The translations under genes and the position numbers were made by a program. From NCBI GenBank assembly GCA_016703025.1, contig JADJCV010000003.1, positions 175,635 to 239,634 of the forward strand: a stretch of 64,000 bases of DNA, given 5' to 3'. Numbering within the stretch: the first letter of the stretch is position 1; each line of letters starts with the position of its first letter. The stretch is from Candidatus Avedoeria danica (GTDB lineage: Bacteria; Chloroflexota; Anaerolineae; Epilineales; Epilineaceae). Positions 29,001-37,138 of this stretch are shown one piece after another. The notes under the pieces were generated by a model, which was given only the letters and a program-made list of their open reading frames with translations, did no database searches and had not been told where the DNA came from.

Positions 29001-31141
29001 CACCGGCCTCCTGAAGCCCGGCAGCACGTGGAACCTCTACGGCGCGCAGGTTCCGACCGGCTCGAAGAGCGGTATCCTCTTCAAGCTGTCGGCCCGCCAG
29101 CTGTCCGAGGACGGCATCGACGTCATCCCCGAGGACGACATCACGGGCGACTACGTCTGCGAAGTCCTCTTCTTCAACGTCGTCGGTGACGCGGACGACT
29201 ATCGCCGCTTCAAGAAGGCCTACAACGAGGGCCTCGTGTTCGACGGCATCGACATGGTCCGCGCTTCCGGCGACGGCCTGCTCGCGGTCGACGTGCACCG
29301 CAGCTGCCCCGGCGACGCGACCCCGGGCGTGGACGTGACGAGCAAGTACAACGGCCTGGCCGGTACGCACCTCGGCACGTACGACGAGGTCTACGGCGGC
29401 TACAGCTACTACGTGCCGCTCGTGTACGCCAGCGCCGCTGGCTTCAACACGATCATCTACATCCAGAACGGCGGCCTCATGTGCTCGTCGCTGGAGATCT
29501 GGTTCAAGGCCCGCGACGACTGCCTGCGCGCGACGATCTGCGACATCGCGACGCTGGCGCCGGGCGAGACCTACCAGCTGGACGCGAACGACTGCGTCGG
29601 CCCGGACTTCCAGGGCAGCGCGTGGATCCGCTCGACCCAGGTGATGGGCATCGCGGTGGACATCATCGGCGGCGACGTCCTGATGACCTACGTCGGCGAG
29701 CCGGGTGAGATCAACTACACGTTCGACCCGAACAAGTCGACGACGCGCGACGGGAACCAGGTGGCGTTCGCGCCGCTGACGTACAGCGAGTACCAGGGTT
29801 GGGACGCCGGCATCCAGGTGCAGAACCTGAGCGCGGTGTTCGCGGCGAAGGTGAAGATCTACTTCCTGGACCGCGGCGGCGACATCATCACGACGCTGGT
29901 GGACTGGGTCTGCCCGCGCGGGAGCCAGACGTTCTTCCTGCCGGTCGTGTTCGACCTGCCGGGGAACTGGGTCGGGAGCGCGCGCGCGGAGAGCCAGGAG
30001 TGGATCTCGCCGGGCAGCCCGAACGTGCTCGCGCCGAACATCGTGGGCATCGTGACGCTGATCAAGTACACGGACGTGGCGCGGACCTCGAAGAGCGAGG
30101 CGATCGCCTACAACATGCTGCCCGAGCACAAGATCTACGACTGGCAGCTCGGCTTCGGCGGCGGCGGGTTGGATAGCGGCATCGGGCTCATCGCGATCCC
30201 GTCGCTGCTGAAGGACCTGGAGAACAGCGGCCTGACGTCGGAGATCGCGATCGCGAACGTCGTACCGAAGCCCGGCTTCACCGACCTCGTGATCTACTTC
30301 TACGACCAGAACGGCCTGCTGGACTACGTGTGCCAGAAGCTGAACGAGAAGCAGGTCGAGTACATCGACCTCCAGACGTGGGGCTACATCAGCGACGGCT
30401 TCAAGGGCTCGGCGATCATCAGCGCCTGGTTCTGGGAGCACGACGTGTTCGACGACACGGGCTTCTTCCTGCGCAACCTGGTCGGCCTCGGCGCCGTGTC
30501 GGTGGAGCGCAAGGGGGACGCACTTGGGCGAGGACGTACCGGGCGACGAGTCGGCGGGTGACCGCGGCATCCCGTTCGCCCAGACGTTCGACGAAGAGGG
30601 CGAGCCGCTGTTCGAGTTCTGCTTCATGGGCCCGCTGCCGCTGTGCCCGGGCTTCGTGGACAACCGCCCGGCTCCGGGTGACTGCGTCGCGGCCGGCTTC
30701 GGTGCGGCGACGATCGAGATCCCGGGCGGCGCGCCGTTCTCGGCGTACCCGCGCGGTGATGTCGGTGGCGGCAACTGCACGAACGCGGGCGTGAACGACC
30801 GCAACTGGGGCACGCACGAGTTCTCCGTCTGCCCCGGCACGAACGACATGACGGTCACGATCAACACGGTCACGCTGGCGCCGTTCAACGGTGCGAGCTG
30901 CGGCCTTGCGGGTCAGGACCTGTTGCTCGCGCTGTTCATCGGACCGGACGGGTTCAACCCGAACGCCGAGTGCGAGAACTTCATCGAGAACAACAAGCCG
31001 GACTTCCAGGGTCTCGGCGCCGGCTCGTCGTACACGTTCCAGATCCCGAATGCACCAGGGGCTTACACGCTCATGATGCAGAACAACTGCGACACGACCC
31101 CGCCGCAGTCGATCGGTAGCGTGGACTTCGAGATCAACTAG
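26020..31141 (+). pseudogene. Giant secreted paralog A, interrupted by a one-base insertion in a G run (30513-30517)
   Basis: Track ORFs 25978..30561 and 30524..31141 together encode one protein that is colinear with paralog B. The likely start is ATG 26020 (MLKHWNARIIMALAALGLVAVANG, with GAGAGGG 9 nt upstream). Copy A reads caaGGGGGacg where copies B and C read caaGGGGacg. Domain order: signal peptide, DUF7948-like N-domain (FIPNGGQWDE), SBBP-type propeller repeats, DUF11-like domain, four uncharacterised modules, and a PPC-like C-terminal domain. Confidence 0.8.
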
Positions 31142-31311
31142 CCGATCGGCCGGTTCGGCCGGCGGACCGGGCAGCGCCCGGTCTGACTGAAGAACCGCCA
31201 CCGCGACGCTCGTCGACAGCCGCCCCCGGGGATTCCCCGGGGGCGGCTGCTGTTTGCCCGGCATTCCGACGGCGAACCACTGGGGCTCGGCGCTCGAATC
31301 ACCGTGCTTCG
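28231..31311 (+). repeat. Near-identical block of about 3.08 kb, copy 1 (partner at 33827..36905)
   Basis: Base-by-base reading at an offset of 5596, then 5595, then 5594. Differences seen: isolated substitutions (for example 28259, about 30172, about 30769, about 31189), one 64-bp divergent patch, one G indel and one T indel. Confidence 0.9.
31217..31256 (+). terminator. Intrinsic terminator of paralog A (15-bp stem CAGCCGCCCCCGGGG, 3-nt loop, then CTGTTTG)
   Basis: Perfect hairpin 76 nt after the TAG at 31139-31141, followed by a T-rich tail. Confidence 0.7.
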
Positions 31312-31446
31312 GCTGCCGTTCAGACCCGACTGCGGGCCGTCGCGTGCGGGGCGGCCGTCCGTCGGCATGTGCTGCAAATCTGCTTATCGTTCTGCACGCG
31401 GTGCGCGGATGCGGCGCAGAATCGGCTGGATCAATGGCATTGCTGC

Positions 31447-31502
31447 CGAAAATGACAGGCGCTCCCGTATCTCCGGCTCACATCTCGCGTTAATCCGCAC
31501 AT
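31447..31502 (+). promoter_or_regulatory. Conserved three-box upstream module, copy 2 (CGAAAA-N14-GTATCT-N15-CGTTAATCCGCACA)
   Basis: Same architecture as 25845..25900 and 36975..37030. Confidence 0.45.
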
Positions 31503-31624
31503 GTCACCACGGGTCGGCCGTTCGGCCGTCCCAGTGTGGCCCTTGCGCCGCAGCCCGTAGCTGCACGCCGCAGGGCGTCCTCACTCACCGTATGCGTCGA
31601 GATCAAGAGAGGGTTGCGACGGAA

Positions 31625-34600
31625 ATGTTGAAACACTGGAGTGCGCGAATCATCATCGCGCTGGCAGCGGTCGGCTTGCTGACCGCCGCCACGGGATCCG
31701 CAGTGCGAGGCCAATCGGCGGCCAAGTCGCCGCTTCCCTCGGCTGAGCCGGCGATCGGGTTCATCCCGAACGGCGGCCAGTGGGACGAGGCGGCCGCGTA
31801 TCACGCGGCACCGAGTGGGGTCGACGTCTGGTTGAAGACGAACGGCTTCGTCTATGCGCCGGGCGACACCGGCCTGACCCCGGGCGTCGAACTGCCGCCC
31901 GAGGCGTCCGAGACGCCCGCCGACGAGGTTCCGACCACGATCGCGCGCCACGTCGTCACGGCTGAGTTCGAGGGCGCTTCCGAAGGTGTGACGCTCGATC
32001 CGGCCGAGGGGCTGCCGGGCGAGTACAACTGGCTGGTCGGCCCGGAGTCCGACTGGGTGACGGGCTTGCACGCCTATCGCTCGGTGACCTACCGTGGCCT
32101 CTGGTCCGGCATCGACGCGACGGTACGCACCGGCAAGGCGCCGGCCGCGGTCAACGGCGCCCTGGCGGGCGACGCGATCGTCAAGTGGACCTACACGGTG
32201 GCGCCGGGCGGCGACGCTTCCCAGATCAAGCTGCGCTACACCGGCCAGGACAGCCTGGCGATCGAGAACGGCGTGCTCAAGATCGGGACGCAGCTCGGCG
32301 ACCTCGCCGAGACCGGCCTGATCGCATGGCAGGTCCGCAACGGCGAGCGACTTCCGGTCGACGCCGCGTTCACGATCGACGGCAACGTCGTCGGCTTCGC
32401 CGTCGGGGCATACGATCCGACGCTTGCGCTCGTCATCGACCCGGTGATCATCTTCTCGCGCCGCTTCGGCGGCAGCTCGACCGACTCGGCGTCGAACATG
32501 TCGGTCGACGGCTCGGGCAGCATCTACAACTCGGGCATGACGGCGTCGACGAACTTCCCGACGCAGAACGCCTACCAGGCCGCGGCCAACGTGACGTACG
32601 ACTGCTTCGTCACGAAGCTCAACGCCGACAGCTCGGCGCTGACGTACTCCACCTACCTCGGCGGCAGCAGCACCGATTACGAGTGCCGCCACACGCTGAC
32701 GCCGGCAGGCGAGGTCGTCGTCACGGCGACCGCGGCCGGGACCTGGGTCGGCGTGCCGATCCTCATCGGCACGCCGAGCGGCTTCGACGCCAACCTGGCG
32801 ATCCTCGGCGCGGCCGGCAACACGCTGACCGCTTCGGCTGAGGTCGGCGGCACGAGCACGGATTACGCCCACGGCATCACCCGGATGTCGAACGGCAACA
32901 TCGTCGTCGTCGGGACGACGAGTTCGAGCGCCGGTTGGCCGGCCCTCGGCGGCGCGGACATCTCGCTGACCGGCCAAGAGGCATACGCGGTCGTCCTCAA
33001 CCCGACGATCAGCGGCGCCGTGGGCTTCTCCTATGTCGGCGGCAACAGCAGCGACTGGGGCAACGCCGTCGCGGTCGACGCGAGCAACAACGTCTACGTT
33101 CACTACTCGACGCTCTCGACCGACATCGCGATGATCGCGGGCGTCGGCGGCAACTACGACCTCGGCGTGGCCAAGCTCAACGCGGGCCTGACGGCCTTCG
33201 CGTACCAGGGCCGCGTCGGCGGCTCGAGCACGGATCCGACGGCCGGCGGGAGCGACACCTCGGTTCCGGGCTCGCTCTACCAGATCGCCAACAACGGGAT
33301 CCTGGTGGACGGCAGCGGCCAGGCCTGGACGACCGGCATGACGGCGTCGACCGACTGGCCGACGACCGCGGGCGCATACAAGACGACGAACGGCGGCAAC
33401 TACGACGCGTTCGTCACGGGCATCAACGCCGCCGGCACCGGGCTGGTCCGCTCGACGTACATCGGCGGCACCAGCACCGACACCGGCCGCGGGCTCGGCA
33501 TCGACGGCACCGGCCGGATCTACATGGTCGGCTCGGCGGCCTCGTCGAACTACCCGACGACGCCCGGCGAGGTCCAGACGACGTTCGGCGGCAGCTACGA
33601 CTGGGTCCGAACGATCTTCCAGCCTGACCTGAGCGGTCTGGTTTGCAGCACCTACCTCGGTGGCAGCAGCACGGACTACGGTGCCGACATCGAGGTCACG
33701 GGCAACTACAAGGCGATCCTCAACGGCTCGACCGCCAGCGCGAACTTCCCGCAGGTCCCGGACGGCTCGACCGTCTTCGGCGGCGGCGGCGGCTACGACA
33801 TCGCGAACGCGCACATCACGTGCGGTGGCGCCAACCTCGTCATCACGAACTCGGCCCTGACGAACCGCGGCTCGGTCCGCACGTCCGTCAGCCCGATCGC
33901 GTTCCCGGACGGCAACGGCGCCGAGCCGATGGCGGTCCAGCCGCCGGCGGCCGAGGCCGACGCGGCGGCGCCGGTGGCGGCGGACGGGGCCGTGCTGCCG
34001 TACGCGGTGCAGCAGCTGCCGGAGAACGAGGAGTGCCTCGCGCCCGGCAACTTCGTCCAGATCACGATCGAGATCACGAACACCGGCCTCTCGGATCAGC
34101 TGGGCGCCGGGCCGGAGTACGTCGCATCCTGGGACGGCGGCCTGCTGGCCGGCCAGCCCGGCTCGTGCGCGTTCTTCGTCGGCGCCGGCAACTGCCAGGT
34201 CAGCGCCAGCAGCGTCAGCGTCGACGCCGACATCCCGTCGGGCGGCGTGATCCAGTTCGCCTGGATGGTCCGCATCGCCGGCGGCTTGGCCTCCGGGACG
34301 GTCATTCCGGTCAACCAGACGCTCTTCTACGACACCGATGAGGATGGGGTCAACGAGAGCTTCCCGCAGGACGCGCTGGGCTTCACGCTCAACTGCTTCC
34401 CGACGGTCTGGCCGAACAACCAGCTCGGCAAGCAGGTCCACCTCCCGATCCTGAACTTCCAGGGCCAGGACGACGTCTGCGAGAGCTGGATCGAGGTTCA
34501 GAACATCGGTTGCCGGATCGCCAAGGCGGCCCTGGTCACGTGGGGCGAGCCGGGCTTCTGCCCGCCGCAGGCCGCCGGCCCGCTGAAGGTGGAGTGCACC

Positions 34601-36937
34601 GGCCTCCTGAAGCCCGGCAGCACGTGGAACCTCTACGGCGCGCAGGTTCCGACCGGCTCGAAGAGCGGTATCCTCTTCAAGCTGTCGGCCCGCCAGCTGT
34701 CCGAGGACGGCATCGACGTCATCCCCGAGGACGACATCACGGGCGACTACGTCTGCGAAGTCCTCTTCTTCAACGTCGTCGGTGACGCGGACGACTATCG
34801 CCGCTTCAAGAAGGCCTACAACGAGGGCCTCGTGTTCGACGGCATCGACATGGTCCGCGCTTCCGGCGACGGCCTGCTCGCGGTCGACGTGCACCGCAGC
34901 TGCCCCGGCGACGCGACCCCGGGCGTGGACGTGACGAGCAAGTACAACGGCCTGGCCGGTACGCACCTCGGCACGTACGACGAGGTCTACGGCGGCTACA
35001 GCTACTACGTGCCGCTCGTGTACGCCAGCGCCGCTGGCTTCAACACGATCATCTACATCCAGAACGGCGGCCTCATGTGCTCGTCGCTGGAGATCTGGTT
35101 CAAGGCCCGCGACGACTGCCTGCGCGCGACGATCTGCGACATCGCGACGCTGGCGCCGGGCGAGACCTACCAGCTGGACGCGAACGACTGCGTCGGCCCG
35201 GACTTCCAGGGCAGCGCGTGGATCCGCTCGACCCAGGTGATGGGCATCGCGGTGGACATCATCGGCGGCGACGTCCTGATGACCTACGTCGGCGAGCCGG
35301 GTGAGATCAACTACACGTTCGACCCGAACAAGTCGACGACGCGCGACGGGAACCAGGTGGCGTTCGCGCCGCTGACGTACAGCGAGTACCAGGGTTGGGA
35401 CGCCGGCATCCAGGTGCAGAACCTGAGCGCGGTGTTCGCGGCGAAGGTGAAGATCTACTTCCTGGACCGCGGCGGCGACATCATCACGACGCTGGTGGAC
35501 TGGGTCTGCCCGCGCGGGAGCCAGACGTTCTTCCTGCCGGTCGTGTTCGACCTGCCGGGGAACTGGGTCGGGAGCGCGCGCGCGGAGAGCCAGGAGTGGA
35601 TCTCGCCGGGCAGCCCGAACGTGCTCGCGCCGAACATCGTGGGCATCGTGACGCTGATCAAGTACACGGACGTGGCGCGGACCTCGAAGAGCGAGGCGAT
35701 CGCCTACAACATGCTGCCCGAGCACAAGATCTACGACTGGCAGCTCGGCTTCGGCGGCGGCGGGTTGGACAGCGGCATCGGGCTCATCGCGATCCCGTCG
35801 CTGCTGAAGGACCTGGAGAACAGCGGCCTGACGTCGGAGATCGCGATCGCGAACGTCGTACCGAAGCCCGGCTTCACCGACCTCGTGATCTACTTCTACG
35901 ACCAGAACGGCCTGCTGGACTACGTGTGCCAGAAGCTGAACGAGAAGCAGGTCGAGTACATCGACCTCCAGACGTGGGGCTACATCAGCGACGGCTTCAA
36001 GGGCTCGGCGATCATCAGCGCCTGGTTCTGGGAGCACGACGTGTTCGACGACACGGGCTTCTTCCTGCGCAACCTGGTCGGCCTCGGCGCCGTGTCGGTG
36101 GAGCGCAAGGGGACGCACTTGGGCGAGGACGTACCGGGCGACGAGTCGGCGGGTGACCGCGGCATCCCGTTCGCCCAGACGTTCGACGAAGAGGGCGAGC
36201 CGCTGTTCGAGTTCTGCTTCATGGGCCCGCTGCCGCTGTGCCCGGGCTTCGTGGACAACCGCCCGGCTCCGGGTGACTGCGTCGCGGCCGGCTTCGGTGC
36301 GGCGACGATCGAGATCCCGGGCGGCGCGCCGTTCTCGGCGTACCCGCGCGGTGATGTCGGCGGCGGCAACTGCACGAACGCGGGCGTGAACGACCGCAAC
36401 TGGGGCACGCACGAGTTCTCCGTCTGCCCCGGCACGAACGACATGACGGTCACGATCAACACGGTCACGCTGGCGCCGTTCAACGGTGCGAGCTGCGGCC
36501 TTGCGGGTCAGGACCTGTTGCTCGCGCTGTTCATCGGACCGGACGGGTTCAACCCGAACGCCGAGTGCGAGAACTTCATCGAGAACAACAAGCCGGACTT
36601 CCAGGGTCTCGGCGCCGGCTCGTCGTACACGTTCCAGATCCCGAATGCACCAGGGGCTTACACGCTCATGATGCAGAACAACTGCGACACGACCCCGCCG
36701 CAGTCGATCGGTAGCGTGGACTTCGAGATCAACAGCCGATCGGCCGGTTCGGCCGGCGGACCGGGCAGCGCCCGGTCTGACCGAAGAACCGCCACCGCGA
36801 CGCTCGTCGACAGCCGCCCCCGGGGATTCCCCGGGGGCGGCTGCTGTTTGCCCGGCATTCCGACGGCGAACCACTGGGGCTCGGCGCTCGAATCACCGTG
36901 CTTCGAACCTGCATCGCCATGTGCACGAGATACCTAG
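31625..36937 (+). CDS. Giant secreted paralog B (SBBP propeller, DUF11-like, four uncharacterised modules, PPC-like domain), with a 60-aa read-through tail
   Basis: The likely start is ATG 31625 (MLKHWSARIIIALAAVGLLTAATG). Track ORF 31304..36937 simply extends upstream with no stop. The C-terminal core is nearly identical to paralog A. The TAG used by copy A is destroyed here: aacTAGccg in A reads aacAGCcg in B at 36731-36737. Translation therefore continues through the terminator hairpin to 36937. Confidence 0.85.
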   Translation: MLKHWSARIIIALAAVGLLTAATGSAVRGQSAAKSPLPSAEPAIGFIPNGGQWDEAAAYHAAPSGVDVWLKTNGFVYAPGDTGLTPGVELPPEASETPADEVPTTIARHVVTAEFEGASEGVTLDPAEGLPGEYNWLVGPESDWVTGLHAYRSVTYRGLWSGIDATVRTGKAPAAVNGALAGDAIVKWTYTVAPGGDASQIKLRYTGQDSLAIENGVLKIGTQLGDLAETGLIAWQVRNGERLPVDAAFTIDGNVVGFAVGAYDPTLALVIDPVIIFSRRFGGSSTDSASNMSVDGSGSIYNSGMTASTNFPTQNAYQAAANVTYDCFVTKLNADSSALTYSTYLGGSSTDYECRHTLTPAGEVVVTATAAGTWVGVPILIGTPSGFDANLAILGAAGNTLTASAEVGGTSTDYAHGITRMSNGNIVVVGTTSSSAGWPALGGADISLTGQEAYAVVLNPTISGAVGFSYVGGNSSDWGNAVAVDASNNVYVHYSTLSTDIAMIAGVGGNYDLGVAKLNAGLTAFAYQGRVGGSSTDPTAGGSDTSVPGSLYQIANNGILVDGSGQAWTTGMTASTDWPTTAGAYKTTNGGNYDAFVTGINAAGTGLVRSTYIGGTSTDTGRGLGIDGTGRIYMVGSAASSNYPTTPGEVQTTFGGSYDWVRTIFQPDLSGLVCSTYLGGSSTDYGADIEVTGNYKAILNGSTASANFPQVPDGSTVFGGGGGYDIANAHITCGGANLVITNSALTNRGSVRTSVSPIAFPDGNGAEPMAVQPPAAEADAAAPVAADGAVLPYAVQQLPENEECLAPGNFVQITIEITNTGLSDQLGAGPEYVASWDGGLLAGQPGSCAFFVGAGNCQVSASSVSVDADIPSGGVIQFAWMVRIAGGLASGTVIPVNQTLFYDTDEDGVNESFPQDALGFTLNCFPTVWPNNQLGKQVHLPILNFQGQDDVCESWIEVQNIGCRIAKAALVTWGEPGFCPPQAAGPLKVECTGLLKPGSTWNLYGAQVPTGSKSGILFKLSARQLSEDGIDVIPEDDITGDYVCEVLFFNVVGDADDYRRFKKAYNEGLVFDGIDMVRASGDGLLAVDVHRSCPGDATPGVDVTSKYNGLAGTHLGTYDEVYGGYSYYVPLVYASAAGFNTIIYIQNGGLMCSSLEIWFKARDDCLRATICDIATLAPGETYQLDANDCVGPDFQGSAWIRSTQVMGIAVDIIGGDVLMTYVGEPGEINYTFDPNKSTTRDGNQVAFAPLTYSEYQGWDAGIQVQNLSAVFAAKVKIYFLDRGGDIITTLVDWVCPRGSQTFFLPVVFDLPGNWVGSARAESQEWISPGSPNVLAPNIVGIVTLIKYTDVARTSKSEAIAYNMLPEHKIYDWQLGFGGGGLDSGIGLIAIPSLLKDLENSGLTSEIAIANVVPKPGFTDLVIYFYDQNGLLDYVCQKLNEKQVEYIDLQTWGYISDGFKGSAIISAWFWEHDVFDDTGFFLRNLVGLGAVSVERKGTHLGEDVPGDESAGDRGIPFAQTFDEEGEPLFEFCFMGPLPLCPGFVDNRPAPGDCVAAGFGAATIEIPGGAPFSAYPRGDVGGGNCTNAGVNDRNWGTHEFSVCPGTNDMTVTINTVTLAPFNGASCGLAGQDLLLALFIGPDGFNPNAECENFIENNKPDFQGLGAGSSYTFQIPNAPGAYTLMMQNNCDTTPPQSIGSVDFEINSRSAGSAGGPGSARSDRRTATATLVDSRPRGFPGGGCCLPGIPTANHWGSALESPCFEPASPCARDT
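33827..36905 (+). repeat. Near-identical block of about 3.08 kb, copy 2 (partner at 28231..31311)
   Basis: See copy 1. Confidence 0.9.
36811..36850 (+). terminator. Terminator hairpin of paralog B, identical to 31217..31256, now lying inside the extended ORF
   Basis: Same 15-bp stem, loop and CTGTTTG tail. Confidence 0.65.
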
Positions 36938-36974
36938 ATGAAGTGCAGGGCCGTCCATTTCATGCCATAACCGA

Positions 36975-37030
36975 CCAAACCGCCGCGCCTCCCCGTATCT
37001 GACGCTCCAATCTCACGTTAATCTGCACAT
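36975..37030 (+). promoter_or_regulatory. Conserved three-box upstream module, copy 3 (CCAAAC-N14-GTATCT-N15-CGTTAATCTGCACA)
   Basis: The flanking sequence is otherwise diverged from copies 1 and 2, yet the boxes and spacings are kept. Confidence 0.45.
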
Positions 37031-37138
37031 CTGACGGTAACAGCGACTTGCTGGCGCCGCCGTTCAGCCTGTAGGTGCGGCCGCGCGCCTGGGGCAGCAG
37101 CTGCAGATCTTCGTAGACCAAAGGGAGGTCGCGACACC

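Noticed and set aside
30505-30525. Programmed ribosomal frameshift at the G5 run of paralog A
   Set aside because: The sequence is not a canonical X_XXY_YYZ slippery site. No downstream structure is evident. Both sister copies are in frame with G4, so an indel or a sequencing error is the simpler explanation.
31304-31624. 107-codon N-terminal extension of paralog B suggested by the ORF track
   Set aside because: This region is an intergenic-type sequence carrying the conserved upstream boxes. The ATG at 31625 gives a signal peptide colinear with the paralog A start and has a matching ribosome-binding site.
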